Source: Chrysiogenes arsenatis DSM 11915
GTDB taxonomy: Bacteria; Chrysiogenota; Chrysiogenetes; Chrysiogenales; Chrysiogenaceae
Assembly: GCF_000469585.1 (NCBI RefSeq)
Contig: NZ_AWNK01000004.1
Coordinates: forward strand, 40,311 to 104,310
DNA length: 64,000 nucleotides
Reading direction: 5' to 3'
Shown: piece by piece, positions 10,374 through 23,857 of the stretch
Layout: every line of letters starts with the position of its first letter
How positions within the stretch are numbered: position 1 is the stretch's first letter
Notes under the pieces: generated by a model
Told to the model about the DNA's origin: nothing
The model's input: only the letters and a program-made list of their open reading frames with translations
The model's database searches: none
Position numbers and translations under genes: made by a program

Positions 10374-12278
10374 TTATTTCAGGTCGGTTAACGCTTCCGG
10401 AACATGCAAATGAAATCCCTGTAAGTAATCAATTCCAAGCTCGCGCGCTGCCCGTTCCACTTCAGCAGAGTGGACAAATTCGGCAACGGTACGTAACCCG
10501 AGTTCGCGAGCCAGACGAGTAATAGCGCGCACAATAGCATGAGAGTGTTGATCGCAATCCATGTTTTTAATCAGCGAACCGTCAATTTTTACAATATCGG
10601 CCTGCATCCGCAGGATATATTCAAAGTTAGAATAGCCACTTCCAAAATCATCAATAGCGATCAGGCAACCCGCCTCTTTAGCGCGTTGGATAAAAGATTC
10701 AACCTCAGGACTTTCGATAAATGATTGACTTTCGACCAATTCAAGAATGATTCGACCCTGGAAAACAGGATCATTAGCATACTGAAAAATCATTTCCACA
10801 ATCGACTCGTTATTGATGTCATCGAACGTGATATTGATCGAAAACTTCTGCTGATTCTGTCGAAAATATGCAAATAGCTTTTCCATCATTGCGGCTGAAA
10901 GTTTCCCGTAGAGTTTCGACCGTTTCGCCTGTTCTAAAAAAACATATGGGGCAATGACAGTTCCATCATTGCTCAAAATCCGCATCAGCGCTTCAATACG
11001 ATATTCACCACCACTCGCAGTAGCAAATATTTTTTGTCCATACGGAATAATCGCCCCTTTGCGCAATGCCTCTCGCACCATAGCGGTCACTTCAAGTGCA
11101 CGCTGGAGTTCACTTTGAATTTGCTGATTGTTGTCGTAATCAACGAACGAAAGCGTGTGCACTTTTGCATAGTGCATCGCCATATCGGCATTATGGTACG
11201 CCGCTTGACCCTGAGCGGCGGAAACTTTCACGGTTAAATGTAGCTCGTTATCGCCAATTCGGATTGGTTGGCTCTGAAAATGCTCGATAATACTGCTCGC
11301 CAGCATTTCGACATTACAGTAACACTCTACGTGCAGCTCACATTGATCAACGATGATAGCAAATTCGTCACCGACCACGCGATATAAGCGCCCGGCAGAG
11401 CCAATCAGAACACTGACTTGGCGCGCGACTTCTGCGATGACACGGTCGCCATTTTTTTGCCCATACGACTCGTTGATACTGCGGAAGCCATCGATATTCA
11501 CCAGCATGAGCGCGACATTGTCCAAAAGCTCGAGGTCTTCCAGTAGTTGCACTTTATTTGGCAAGTCAGTCAGGGAATCTGTCGTTTGGCGCAGTATCAC
11601 GTCCATCTGCTGAAAGAGGTCGGTAACGTCAGAACGGATGGATGTATACTCAACAAGCTGGTTGTGTTCATCGGTGATGGGGATAATTAACGATTTGACG
11701 TAATAGGCTTCGCCCGATTTCGCCCGATTCTTCGTCACACCACTCCATGTCTCACCATTTTTCAGTTTTTTCCACATCGCGCTAAAAACATGCGATGGCG
11801 TGTCGGGGTGGCGTACAATGCGGTGTGGTTGCCCGACAAGTTCTTCCCGCGAATAGCCGCTCCGTTTACAAAACTGGTCATTTGCATAGGTGATCACACC
11901 CTGAGGGTCAGCTTTAGAAACAATAAAATTATCGTCTATTGCTTGCGTATACTTATTCGTAAAACGGGTTTGCTGAAAATATTGTTCCATCGAGAGCGCC
12001 AAAGTTTTCCACTCATCGTCATGCTGTTTGAGCTGAGTGAGTTTTTCACTATTTAAGTGCTCTAACGCATGCGTCATTTGGAGAATAGGGACAACGGACA
12101 TGCGGTGCAACACGAACGAGAGGATAGCCCATGCAACAAATGTTACCATGGCAAAAGAAACCATATGGATAAAATTGAACAGCTCAGGATGCAACAATGC
12201 CACCCCAAGTACGACGAAAAGGAAATAAATCGCAAATATGATGGCTACCGGCAGGGCAATTTTTGAACGGTACTTCAT
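10374..12278 (-). CDS. Membrane PAS / degenerate GGDEF / EAL c-di-GMP phosphodiesterase-type protein
   Basis: Two N-terminal TM segments and a PAS region. The GGDEF-like domain has VGDEF in place of GGDEF. EAL domain motifs are EALMR, ELVES and DDFGSGYS. Confidence 0.85.
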   Translation of the reverse strand: MKYRSKIALPVAIIFAIYFLFVVLGVALLHPELFNFIHMVSFAMVTFVAWAILSFVLHRMSVVPILQMTHALEHLNSEKLTQLKQHDDEWKTLALSMEQYFQQTRFTNKYTQAIDDNFIVSKADPQGVITYANDQFCKRSGYSREELVGQPHRIVRHPDTPSHVFSAMWKKLKNGETWSGVTKNRAKSGEAYYVKSLIIPITDEHNQLVEYTSIRSDVTDLFQQMDVILRQTTDSLTDLPNKVQLLEDLELLDNVALMLVNIDGFRSINESYGQKNGDRVIAEVARQVSVLIGSAGRLYRVVGDEFAIIVDQCELHVECYCNVEMLASSIIEHFQSQPIRIGDNELHLTVKVSAAQGQAAYHNADMAMHYAKVHTLSFVDYDNNQQIQSELQRALEVTAMVREALRKGAIIPYGQKIFATASGGEYRIEALMRILSNDGTVIAPYVFLEQAKRSKLYGKLSAAMMEKLFAYFRQNQQKFSINITFDDINNESIVEMIFQYANDPVFQGRIILELVESQSFIESPEVESFIQRAKEAGCLIAIDDFGSGYSNFEYILRMQADIVKIDGSLIKNMDCDQHSHAIVRAITRLARELGLRTVAEFVHSAEVERAARELGIDYLQGFHLHVPEALTDLK

Positions 12279-12320
12279 ATCATTCCTGTGAGAGCGGGTT
12301 CTAAAGGCATATCGTGCACC

Positions 12321-12366
12321 GAAAAATAGTCCCCCAACGTGCCGCAGAATACGACACGCTGGGGGT
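12321..12366 (-). terminator. Intrinsic terminator downstream of the heme-type MCP gene
   Basis: Minus-strand hairpin CCCCCAGCGTG / CACGTTGGGGG (10 of 11 bp, 13-nt loop; plus-strand arms 12331-12341 and 12355-12365) followed by ACTATTTTTCGG. Confidence 0.55.
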
Positions 12367-12380
12367 TGGTAACTGTGATG

Positions 12381-14192
12381 TTAGCGGTTGTGTTTCCCTT
12401 TGTATCCTTTGCCTGCAGGGAGAGCAAGTCCGGTATTGCCTTTCTGCGTAAAGCGGAACTCACTAACCGTATTGCTCATTTCGACGGCTTGGCGGGAAAG
12501 GTTATCAATAGACTGCGCCGACTCTTCTGCACTACTTGCCGTCGTTTCGGCAACATTTTTTACATTCTCAATGCTTTTGGCAATTTCACCAGTAGTGATC
12601 GATTGCTCTTCGCTGGCAGCGGCCACTTGCTGGAATTGATCATTGAGCGACTTCACGACATTGACAATTGTTTGCAGTGCTTCGGCCGCCTGCGTTGCTA
12701 GTTCCGAACCACGGTCAACGCGCGACTGAGTCGCCGTCATCGTTTTATTGGTACGTGCGGCTCCATCCTGAATGGATCGGATTTTATCCGCCACCTCTTT
12801 GGTCGCATTTTGTGTTTTTTCGGCCAGTTTGCGAACTTCATCGGCGACAACCGCAAACCCCCGTCCATGCTCACCAGCACGAGCGGCTTCAATCGCGGCG
12901 TTCAGTGCCAGCAGATTTGTTTGGTCGCTGACTTCGTTAATGACCTGAATAATTTGCCCAATTTCGCTGGCACTCTTATTCAACTGGTCGATCATTTGTG
13001 TCAGTTCTACACTGGCATCCTTCACCGAATTGATCTCGCCAACCGCATTGGCTACCACTCGTTGTCCGTCAGAAGCAATGGTGTTGGCTTCATTCGCTTG
13101 GTCTGCACTTTCAGAAATCAGGCGTGATATTTCAATAACTGTCGAACTCATCTCTTCGGCAGCGCTGGCAATTTGTGCGACTGCATCCGATAACTCATTG
13201 GCACCTTCGGCCATCATCGCCGTGTTTTCGTTCAATTCTGATGCCGCGCGTGCCACATGTGAGCTTGCATTCGTAATAGTCCCGAAAGAGTCGCCAATTT
13301 GATCGAAGGTTGTATTGATCGCGCGTGTCAGAACGCCAATCTCATCGTTTCCACCTTCAGGAGCCCGTTTTGAGAAGTCTTTATGCGATGCGGCGCTCAG
13401 AATTTCAACAACCGTGTTGATTTTATTCGTCAAGGCATTTCTAAGGAAAACCACCATGAAAATCCCCATCCCGATCAACATCACAAGCGCCACACCAATC
13501 GATTTCATCGTGGCAGACAAGACGGCGGACTGCATCGGCTCAAGTTTCATAATAACTTCGTAGGCACCATGAACATCGCCAATTTTCCACCCTTCCATGG
13601 TAAATCCGAGTGGGTCAATGCCGTCGCCATCAGGATCATCAGCTTTTACGCCGTGACACAACATACAAGACTGATTCATTACAATCGGCATCATGTAGTT
13701 CAGCGTATTCGTCTCGCGATTGAAACGGTACAGCTCTGGTAAACGTTTATTTTGGATTTCGCGAATCATTTCCGCTTCAAAAGCATTGGGCTCATTCACC
13801 GGATTACGTGCCTGAAATTTGGGTACGCGGAAGGTGTAGCCGCCCTTTTCAGCGGCATCCATCGCGACACGCCACCCGGCCACAATAGGAATGGTATAAT
13901 AGGCACCCATTTGGCGCAGCTCTTTCATCTTGGCTTCAAAAGGGAGATGCTTGACTTTTTCCAGTTCGCCAAAAAGCCTTTCGTCATTAAAGGCGTTATA
14001 CTTTCCACGCAGATCGCCGATATAGTTCCGCGAGTTTTCCGCCATTGCCGTTATGGCACGAGCACGGTCAACCAACATTTCTTCGGCAATAGCCTCAATT
14101 TCACCACGTGCGACAAAGATAAAAACCAGAGTCATCAGCACAAAACCGATTCCGACACCTAACTGAATGCGCGAGCCGAGTGAATTAAACAT
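12381..14192 (-). CDS. Methyl-accepting chemotaxis protein with periplasmic CxxCH (c-type heme) sensor domain
   Basis: GAGGAGG RBS. TM1 (residues ~10-30), ~200-aa periplasmic region containing CMLCHG, TM2 and a HAMP-like segment. MCP hairpin [38 protein letters not shown]. Confidence 0.85.
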   Translation of the reverse strand: MFNSLGSRIQLGVGIGFVLMTLVFIFVARGEIEAIAEEMLVDRARAITAMAENSRNYIGDLRGKYNAFNDERLFGELEKVKHLPFEAKMKELRQMGAYYTIPIVAGWRVAMDAAEKGGYTFRVPKFQARNPVNEPNAFEAEMIREIQNKRLPELYRFNRETNTLNYMMPIVMNQSCMLCHGVKADDPDGDGIDPLGFTMEGWKIGDVHGAYEVIMKLEPMQSAVLSATMKSIGVALVMLIGMGIFMVVFLRNALTNKINTVVEILSAASHKDFSKRAPEGGNDEIGVLTRAINTTFDQIGDSFGTITNASSHVARAASELNENTAMMAEGANELSDAVAQIASAAEEMSSTVIEISRLISESADQANEANTIASDGQRVVANAVGEINSVKDASVELTQMIDQLNKSASEIGQIIQVINEVSDQTNLLALNAAIEAARAGEHGRGFAVVADEVRKLAEKTQNATKEVADKIRSIQDGAARTNKTMTATQSRVDRGSELATQAAEALQTIVNVVKSLNDQFQQVAAASEEQSITTGEIAKSIENVKNVAETTASSAEESAQSIDNLSRQAVEMSNTVSEFRFTQKGNTGLALPAGKGYKGKHNR

Positions 14193-14287
14193 ACCACCTC
14201 CTCAAACGTACCGACTAAAAACCAGAATACATAAGAAATAGATACTACTCTTATTCATGAAAAAAAATCAATGGAAAGCACGTCTAC

Positions 14288-17188
14288 TTAGCTCTTCAAA
14301 CCGTAGGCTGAGGCTAAAATTTGTATTGGATGATGCCCATCTTTGCCACGTGCTAAATCTTGTATCTGCATGCGGCAGGTAGGACAGTCGGTGATACCAT
14401 CGGTGCCAATTGCTGCGATAGTTTCCCCAAGATTCTTCCCGATGGCGACCGATGTCGCATAATTTTGCTTTTTCATTCCCCAACTTCCACTCATACCACA
14501 ACACCCGGCTTGCAGAACATGGAATTGTAAGCCTGGAACCATGCGCAGTAAATCGACGCTGGTCGAACGAATTTTTTGCACTTTCAAATGGCAAGGGGTG
14601 TGATACGAAAAACTGGTAACCCGCTCAGGCATGGTGTACGAAAAATCGGTTTTTAGGAGATTTTCTTCGGCAAGCTTCAGGAGATATTCTGAAATGTGCC
14701 ACGTATTGCGCGCCACCAAATGCGTGTCGTCATTTTCAGTTGTATAGAGCCATTCTTCTTTCAGACTTAAATTACACGAGGTACAGGTCGTAATAATGTC
14801 GTACCCTTTTTTGACATAATAGGCAAAAATTCCCGCATTTGAAATGACATCGTACCGCGCTTCTTTCGCACTCCCATTGGAGAGCTTTGGCAGTCCGCAG
14901 CAGTGTTGCTCTGGAACTTCGACGTGAATGTTATTATGCTCCAACACCCGAATGGCAGCCTTGGCAACGTCAGTCTGCATATAATTGGCGGCACATCCGG
15001 TGAAGTAGACAACTTTACGTATCGGATTCGCCAAATGGCTACGCGTACTGGCATACTTCACCGCCGTTTCCTTATGAAAGATTAATGGCGAGCGCTCTTT
15101 AGCCACACCGACCGTGGCATCCATAACGGTGCGCATCAGTGTTGTTTTCAAGAGCGGATTGACAAGAGACGCCAATGAACTGTTGAGCCGCGCCGTCCGT
15201 TCCACCGCCGTCAGTACTTTATTCTGAAACGTCTGTCCATTCCGAGCCACGTAGCGGGCTTTCGCTTCCAGCATCAGTTTCGGAATATTGACGTTGGAAA
15301 CGCACTCATGATAGCAGCTTTGGCAGGTAATACATTGATCCATGATTTCTTTGGCTTCCGCCGAATACGGAAAGGTTGCGGGGTCTAGGTTCCCCTGAAT
15401 CAGATGGCGCAGCATGTTGGCTTTGGCTTTGGGGGCTGCTTTTTCGTCCCGCTTCAGTTTGTACATCGGGCACATCGTCACCACCGTGTCGACCGTCATA
15501 CACGTCGAACAGCCGTGGCACATTTCAATTTGGGCCTGGTAATCGGCACCCTCTTCTGCCCAATGCAGTACCGTCCGTTTCGTGTCCACCACGGGACGGT
15601 ACTCGGCACCGTAGCGCAGATTGCGGGTGTCGGCTTCATCGTCAGGATTTGTTTTTACGTCAGGATTCAGTAAATGTTTCGGATCAAAAATATCTTTAAT
15701 TTTTAAGAAGTAAGGAAAAAGATTCGGGTAAAGGCACTTGATATACCGTGACCGGACACGGCCATCACCATGTTCGCCACATGGCGTTCCATTTAAGCGC
15801 TCGACAACACGGAAAAGCTCCTGCGATATTTTGCGGAACTTCGCAATATCCTCGGGCTTTTTCATATTCAGAATAGGCCGGACGTGCAAAAGCCCTTTGC
15901 CGGCATGGCCATAGACGGAAAACTCAACGCCATGTCGTGCGGAACATTCATACACTTCACGGTAGTATTCGACAAGATTGTGCAGTGGAACCGCCGCATC
16001 TTCGACAAACCCGATCGCCTTCGCGTCACCCTTCAGCTTGTTCGCCAACGGAACCGCCGCCTTGCGGATTGCCCATAACGACTCCTGTTCTTGTGGCGTG
16101 CGTGCGCTATCAAAGCGGAACGCGTAGGTATTCGTTTCCATGATCTCTTTGCGTACCGCTTCGAGCAGGGCTTCGCATTCACCCAAATCGTCGCCATCAA
16201 ATTCGATCATTAAAACGTTATCGAGCTCTGCGGGAAGGTTTTTATCCAGCACCGGATCAACCGCCCGCGCTTTTTTGACGAGTGAACTATCAAGAATTTC
16301 GACCGCTGCAGCACCAGAGTTGACGGCAATCACCGTCGCTTCGCCACTTGATGCAATGTCGCGAAACATTGCCATACCAAGCACCGTGTGTTTCGGAATA
16401 GGGTTCAAGCGGATTTTTGCACGGACGATTGTTGCCAGCGTCCCTTCACTCCCGACAATCAGAGGAACCAGATTGATGACTCCATCTTGGTACACGCCGC
16501 GTAAATTATAGCCGCACACGTTATAGCGAATATCAGGATACCCGATGGCAATCAAATCACGGCATTCTTCGATCGTGGCCATGACACCGCGATAAATTGC
16601 CGCTTCCAGCGTATTCGCCGTCAGAATTGATTGCATTTCTATCGAATCGACTGGCCGTGGTTTCAGATGAATTTTTTCACCGTTATGCAGCACGACTTCG
16701 AGTTCTTCAACATACTCGCCGGTGATGCCATATTTGATCGAATGCGCACCACTGGTATTATTGGCGATCATCCCGCCAACTGTGCAGTAATTGCCGCTTG
16801 AAGGATCTGGCGGAAAGTACAAACCGTACTGCTTGGCCGCTTTATTTAAATCCGCGTACCGCACACCGGGTTCAACCCACGCGTATCCCGCACGGTTGAT
16901 TTCAAGAATAGCGTGACGATACTTCAGGAAATCCAACACAATGCCACAACCCAAACTTTGTCCGCCAATGGCACTTCCAGCACCACGAGCGTGAATCTGA
17001 ATCCCTTTTTGTGTCGCAAAACGGAGCACATGTTGAATATCGACATCATCTTTGGGGTAAACAACCCCGAGCGGCATTACTTGGTAAATTGAAGCATCGG
17101 TAGAGAAAAGACAGCGCGTGGCTTGATCGAAATATACATCACCCTGAATCAGGCTGTTGAGCTCTTCGGCTATGAGATTTGTATCCAT
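14288..17188 (-). CDS. Fused FAD-linked oxidase / Fe-S / CCG-domain oxidoreductase (GlcD-GlcF fusion, YdiJ-like)
   Basis: N-terminal FAD-binding oxidase region (HARGAGSAIGGQS, GGMIANNTSGAHSIKYG). Two ferredoxin-type Cys clusters (CHGCSTCMTV...MCP and CITCQSCYHEC). C-terminal Cys-rich CCG-type segments (FTGCAANY, HTPCHLK, CCGMSGSWG). Confidence 0.85.
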   Translation of the reverse strand: MDTNLIAEELNSLIQGDVYFDQATRCLFSTDASIYQVMPLGVVYPKDDVDIQHVLRFATQKGIQIHARGAGSAIGGQSLGCGIVLDFLKYRHAILEINRAGYAWVEPGVRYADLNKAAKQYGLYFPPDPSSGNYCTVGGMIANNTSGAHSIKYGITGEYVEELEVVLHNGEKIHLKPRPVDSIEMQSILTANTLEAAIYRGVMATIEECRDLIAIGYPDIRYNVCGYNLRGVYQDGVINLVPLIVGSEGTLATIVRAKIRLNPIPKHTVLGMAMFRDIASSGEATVIAVNSGAAAVEILDSSLVKKARAVDPVLDKNLPAELDNVLMIEFDGDDLGECEALLEAVRKEIMETNTYAFRFDSARTPQEQESLWAIRKAAVPLANKLKGDAKAIGFVEDAAVPLHNLVEYYREVYECSARHGVEFSVYGHAGKGLLHVRPILNMKKPEDIAKFRKISQELFRVVERLNGTPCGEHGDGRVRSRYIKCLYPNLFPYFLKIKDIFDPKHLLNPDVKTNPDDEADTRNLRYGAEYRPVVDTKRTVLHWAEEGADYQAQIEMCHGCSTCMTVDTVVTMCPMYKLKRDEKAAPKAKANMLRHLIQGNLDPATFPYSAEAKEIMDQCITCQSCYHECVSNVNIPKLMLEAKARYVARNGQTFQNKVLTAVERTARLNSSLASLVNPLLKTTLMRTVMDATVGVAKERSPLIFHKETAVKYASTRSHLANPIRKVVYFTGCAANYMQTDVAKAAIRVLEHNNIHVEVPEQHCCGLPKLSNGSAKEARYDVISNAGIFAYYVKKGYDIITTCTSCNLSLKEEWLYTTENDDTHLVARNTWHISEYLLKLAEENLLKTDFSYTMPERVTSFSYHTPCHLKVQKIRSTSVDLLRMVPGLQFHVLQAGCCGMSGSWGMKKQNYATSVAIGKNLGETIAAIGTDGITDCPTCRMQIQDLARGKDGHHPIQILASAYGLKS

Positions 17189-17419
17189 GCACTCTCCATC
17201 CAGTAGGAATTTTCATTGTACATATTGAACAGTCAATTCTATCCCCTCGTTCGTAGAAACTCAACCGCGAAGTGATTGTAACGCCATTCGAAACGTTTCC
17301 CCATGCACCTTTTTTCGCATTAATAATTTTACATTTACAGCGATTCATTTGAGATTTACGTGTGTTAGTATTGCACCAATTTTCTTTACTTCGTTGAAAT
17401 AGGTACGGGGGTTACCACA

Positions 17420-18658
17420 ATGGCGCAACACTACTTGGCACGTCAGCCGATTTTGGATGAAACCAATACCATTCATGCATATGAAATTCTTTTTCGCCAA
17501 TCGCAAGGGATGAATCGGATGATCACGGATCATGACGCCGTCAATGAGCTGCTCATTCGCAACACATTGGGAACCTACACTCGTGAAGACCTGTTAGGGA
17601 CACACCTTGGCTTTATCAATGTCGACCACACTTTTTTTCTGCGCAATTATGGCACGTTATTCCCGAAGAAAAATTTTATCTTTGAAATTCTCGGTTCTAC
17701 ACAAGTCACCCCCGAACTGATCGCTTGCATCGCCTCGCTCCACAGCGAAGGGCACGTTTTTGCCCTCAGCGAGTTTGTTTTTGAAGAGTGGTATATCAAG
17801 AATTTTTCACCACTCTTCCGTTATGTTTCCTACATCAAAGTAGACTTACGCAAAAACAGCATGCAGCGCATTAAACTCTTAGCGGCGAATTTCCAGAAAA
17901 AACTGGGGTGTAAGATGGTCGCGGAAAAGGTTGAAAGCATTCAAGAGTTTGCGGCATGCAAGCAAATTGGCTTTCACTACTTTCAGGGGTATTTCTTTGC
18001 GCAACCACAATTGCTCAGCAAAGAGACGGTCGACCCATCGCTGACGAAGGTGCTGAATATTATCGCCATGCTCAACAGTGATGATACCGATACCGGTGCT
18101 ATTGTGAAGATATTCGAACAGTCGCCAGAACTTTCGCTTTCTTTAGTCAACTTCATGAACAGTGGCGCTTTTGGTTTACGACAAGCAATCCGTTCCATTC
18201 AACATGCCCTTACATTACTTGGCCGAAAAAAATTAGTGAGTTGGTTGACAGTGATTGCCTGCTCAGCTACCCCGAATGGCAAACGCCATCCAGCGCTGAT
18301 TACCGCTTTGGTTCGTGCGAAAATCATGGAATCACTGATGGAAATGTATGAAGACGGGAAATATCGCAATACTGCCGACAGTGCATTTTTTGTCGGCATG
18401 CTCTCTTTAGTCGACGTTATCCTTAACGTCCCCAAAGCACAAGTTTTGGAAAACATCAAAGCCCATGAAAAGATTTGTCAGGCCGTATTGCAAGGCGAAG
18501 GGACTCTGGGCCTCATGCTGCAGGCGATTATTTTCTATGAAAAGGAGGATTTTGCGGCAGCAGATGGAATTATGGAAAATCTTCTCATACCAGCGAAAGC
18601 GCTGAATGAGATTGTGTTGAAAAGCTATATTTGGGCAGATGCGATACTCGCAAGCTAA
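17420..18658 (+). CDS. EAL-like plus HDOD domain signalling protein
   Basis: The N-terminus YLARQPILDETNTIHAYEILFR is typical of the EAL-HDOD family. The C-terminal half has an HDOD-like helical pattern (LSLSLVNFMNSGAFGLRQAIRSIQHALTLLGRKKL). Confidence 0.8.
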   Translation: MAQHYLARQPILDETNTIHAYEILFRQSQGMNRMITDHDAVNELLIRNTLGTYTREDLLGTHLGFINVDHTFFLRNYGTLFPKKNFIFEILGSTQVTPELIACIASLHSEGHVFALSEFVFEEWYIKNFSPLFRYVSYIKVDLRKNSMQRIKLLAANFQKKLGCKMVAEKVESIQEFAACKQIGFHYFQGYFFAQPQLLSKETVDPSLTKVLNIIAMLNSDDTDTGAIVKIFEQSPELSLSLVNFMNSGAFGLRQAIRSIQHALTLLGRKKLVSWLTVIACSATPNGKRHPALITALVRAKIMESLMEMYEDGKYRNTADSAFFVGMLSLVDVILNVPKAQVLENIKAHEKICQAVLQGEGTLGLMLQAIIFYEKEDFAAADGIMENLLIPAKALNEIVLKSYIWADAILAS

Positions 18659-18659
18659 T

Positions 18660-18697
18660 AAAAACGGGCGAGGATTTCGATTCCCCCGCCCGTTCTA
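18660..18697. terminator. Intrinsic terminator between convergent genes (best fit for gyrB)
   Basis: Stem AACGGGCG (18663-18670) / CGCCCGTT (18687-18694). On the minus strand the hairpin is followed by TTTTTATTA. Confidence 0.65.
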
Positions 18698-18708
18698 CTG
18701 TTGCCCCT

Positions 18709-21192
<2,484 letters not shown>

Positions 21193-21209
21193 TCAATGAA
21201 TTCACAGAG

Positions 21210-22895
21210 TTACTCTTCTATAACAACCGCACTCACCTCAAGCACAAAAGCTATGCTGCCGTCAGGGAGAATCGTCGCACCAGCAAAATACGGAACATCC
21301 TGATAGAATTTTCCTAGCGGTTTGACCACAGCTTTCACTTCCCCGTAGAGATATTGTACCAGCAAACCAATCTGTCTACCGGAATGGCGCACAACAATAA
21401 TGTACTGATCCGCTTCGGCGGCTGAATATTCGACATGTAGCAGTCCACGAAGGCGCATACAGGGGAGCACAGCGCCGCGCAGGTTCGTATACCCGATTTC
21501 TTTCATTTTTCGTTCTTCAGCGGGAGATATTGCTATAGTTTCTTGAATCTGCGCTATCGGGATTACAATTTTTGTGGTGCCAACGCCAACCAAAAATGCG
21601 TCGACCACAGAGAGCGAAAGCGGAATGCGGATGGTAAAGCACGTGCCGCTCTGCGGTTCACTGGCAAGTTCCAAGTGCCCGCGCAACGCGCTAATGGTGG
21701 CGCGCACGACATCCATCCCAACACCGCGGCCAGATAACTTACTGGCGACTTCGGTCGTCGAAAATCCTTGCAAGCAGAGTATATCGAGCACTTCTCGATC
21801 GCTGAGTGCCCCTTCTGGCGATGCAATCAGCCCTTTTTGCACGGCACTTGCCACAATCCGCTCGCGCTGAATGCCCCGTCCATCGTCGCGCAACGAAATG
21901 ATCACGTAGCCCGCTTCTTGCGCAGCATGTAAACGGATGATCCCTTGTGTTTGTTTTCCTGACGTTTTTCTTTCCTGTGGCAGTTCCAGTCCATGATCGA
22001 GCGCATTGCGAATCATATGCAACAGTGGGTCGTAGAGTTTATCGGCGACATTTTTTTCCAGCTCCGTCTCGCCTCCATGAAAATGGAGCTGTACTTCCTT
22101 GCCAAGCTCCGCTGCTGTGGACTGCACAATGCGTGGGAAACGGCGAAATAAGGTATGAATTGGAACCATTCGAAACGACATCGTCTTTTCTTGTACCTGC
22201 TTCGCCAAGAGTGAAATGATCCCTACCCCTTCCAAAGCGCGCTGATTACGCTGCTCACGCAGAAGCGATTCAAGCATAGCGGTAGCGGTTACCATTTCGG
22301 CGGAGAGGTCGATTAGTTCATCAAGCCGCAGCGCATCAACGCGAATAAGCCGTTTTTCCTGATTCAGCACCGCATACGCATGTTCCGCATTGGGGCGAGA
22401 GGGAGCAACAATCGGCGGGCTATCCATATCAAATCCCGCCATTTCATCTTCAGAAAGGGTGGCGATTATCGTGTTCTTGTTGGCAACGTCGTGCATCGGC
22501 ACACTGTATTCCTGAATGCGCCGCACGACGTCGTCGTACTTTTGCAGCAGTGCAGCGTCTGATAGTTCAGGAGTATCCAATAATGCATTGATTAACGGAA
22601 TGGCGAGTTGATGAAATTCAACCAGCAAGAGGGTAAAAGGAACGGTCAGACATACCGATTTCTGCCGCAGGGAAACAAGGAGATATTCAACACTGTGACA
22701 CAGCTCTTCTAAGAGCGCAAAACCCATAATCGCGGCGGATCCTTTTAACGTATGCACCGCACGAAAAAGTTGATTCAGTGCTTCGCTATTAGCGTGATCG
22801 TCCTGCAGGCATTGCAAGGCATTTTCAATTTCTTCAAGCAGCTCGCCAACTTCTACGCTGAACGCATATCGTAGCTCCGCTTGTTCGTCCATCAT
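21210..22895 (-). CDS. CheA-type histidine kinase (Hpt, dimerisation/ATPase, CheW-like domain)
   Basis: Hpt H-box AVHTLKGSAAIMGF. ATPase boxes IRNALDHGLE, DDGRGI and GRGVGMDVV. The C-terminal CheW-like region ends the protein. Confidence 0.9.
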   Translation of the reverse strand: MMDEQAELRYAFSVEVGELLEEIENALQCLQDDHANSEALNQLFRAVHTLKGSAAIMGFALLEELCHSVEYLLVSLRQKSVCLTVPFTLLLVEFHQLAIPLINALLDTPELSDAALLQKYDDVVRRIQEYSVPMHDVANKNTIIATLSEDEMAGFDMDSPPIVAPSRPNAEHAYAVLNQEKRLIRVDALRLDELIDLSAEMVTATAMLESLLREQRNQRALEGVGIISLLAKQVQEKTMSFRMVPIHTLFRRFPRIVQSTAAELGKEVQLHFHGGETELEKNVADKLYDPLLHMIRNALDHGLELPQERKTSGKQTQGIIRLHAAQEAGYVIISLRDDGRGIQRERIVASAVQKGLIASPEGALSDREVLDILCLQGFSTTEVASKLSGRGVGMDVVRATISALRGHLELASEPQSGTCFTIRIPLSLSVVDAFLVGVGTTKIVIPIAQIQETIAISPAEERKMKEIGYTNLRGAVLPCMRLRGLLHVEYSAAEADQYIIVVRHSGRQIGLLVQYLYGEVKAVVKPLGKFYQDVPYFAGATILPDGSIAFVLEVSAVVIEE

Positions 22896-23857
22896 TCTTG
22901 CGAAACCAACGGATTTTTATTGGAGGCATCAGCATGAAACTTCGGCGATATATTTCCCACCACAACACGGTTGCGCCCCTGGCGTTTCGCGAGATAGAGG
23001 GCATCGTCTGCCACACCGATCAACATTTCCAAGGTGTTCTCTGTACTCCCTGAATATTCGGCAACACCTATACTAACCGTAATGCGCAGATGAATATCAT
23101 TATAGGTAATGATCGCACATTCAATCGCGGAACGAAGCCGTTCTGCCAATATAAAAGCATTCTCAGCCGATGTTTCTGGCAAAATACAACAAAACTCTTC
23201 GCCCCCATACCGCCCAACAATATCCACAATGCGCACCGCTTGCTGTAAGATGGTCGCCATTTCGCGCAAAACATAATCACCACATAAATGACCGTGGGTA
23301 TCGTTGACCACCTTGAAATGGTCAATATCGATCATAAACAGGCAGATTGATTTACCAAACCGGCGCGCTCTGGCAATTTCTGCGGCAAGACAAGAATCAA
23401 GATGACTTCGGTTGTAAAGCCTCGTCAGATGATCGAGTTTGCTCATTTCAATCAGTCGGTGTTCGTACATGACGTAGTCAGTTGCGTCCTGAATGGTAAT
23501 AAAGATCCGTGTGATGACCCCGCTCTCATCACGAATCGGCCCCGCCGTGCAATTCTGCTGCATAGCAGGAAGATATTCGGCAGAACCATGAGGATTTTTC
23601 ATTGGAATCAGGTAGTGGTGAAGTTTTTGCGAAAAAGTAGAATAATTGCCGAACTGAAATACACTTTGCACAAAACGCTTAAACGCGGCGGTTTTTAATT
23701 CGGGATAAAATTCATAGATCTCTTTCCCGACAATATCCTCTTCGCGAATGCAACTATGCATCGTCATCCAACGGTTCCACGTCGTAACCCGCATTTCGCG
23801 ATCTAAGACGACGATACCCATACTGATGGTGGCAAAAATCTGTTGGTGCTCAAGCAT
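22892..23857 (-). CDS. PAS-GGDEF diguanylate cyclase
   Basis: N-terminal PAS-like region (GIVVLDREMRVTTWNRWM). GGDEF domain with GGEEF and RxxD (RIVD) five residues upstream. 4-nt overlap with cheA and 8-nt overlap with the cheC-like gene. Confidence 0.9.
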   Translation of the reverse strand: MLEHQQIFATISMGIVVLDREMRVTTWNRWMTMHSCIREEDIVGKEIYEFYPELKTAAFKRFVQSVFQFGNYSTFSQKLHHYLIPMKNPHGSAEYLPAMQQNCTAGPIRDESGVITRIFITIQDATDYVMYEHRLIEMSKLDHLTRLYNRSHLDSCLAAEIARARRFGKSICLFMIDIDHFKVVNDTHGHLCGDYVLREMATILQQAVRIVDIVGRYGGEEFCCILPETSAENAFILAERLRSAIECAIITYNDIHLRITVSIGVAEYSGSTENTLEMLIGVADDALYLAKRQGRNRVVVGNISPKFHADASNKNPLVSQE

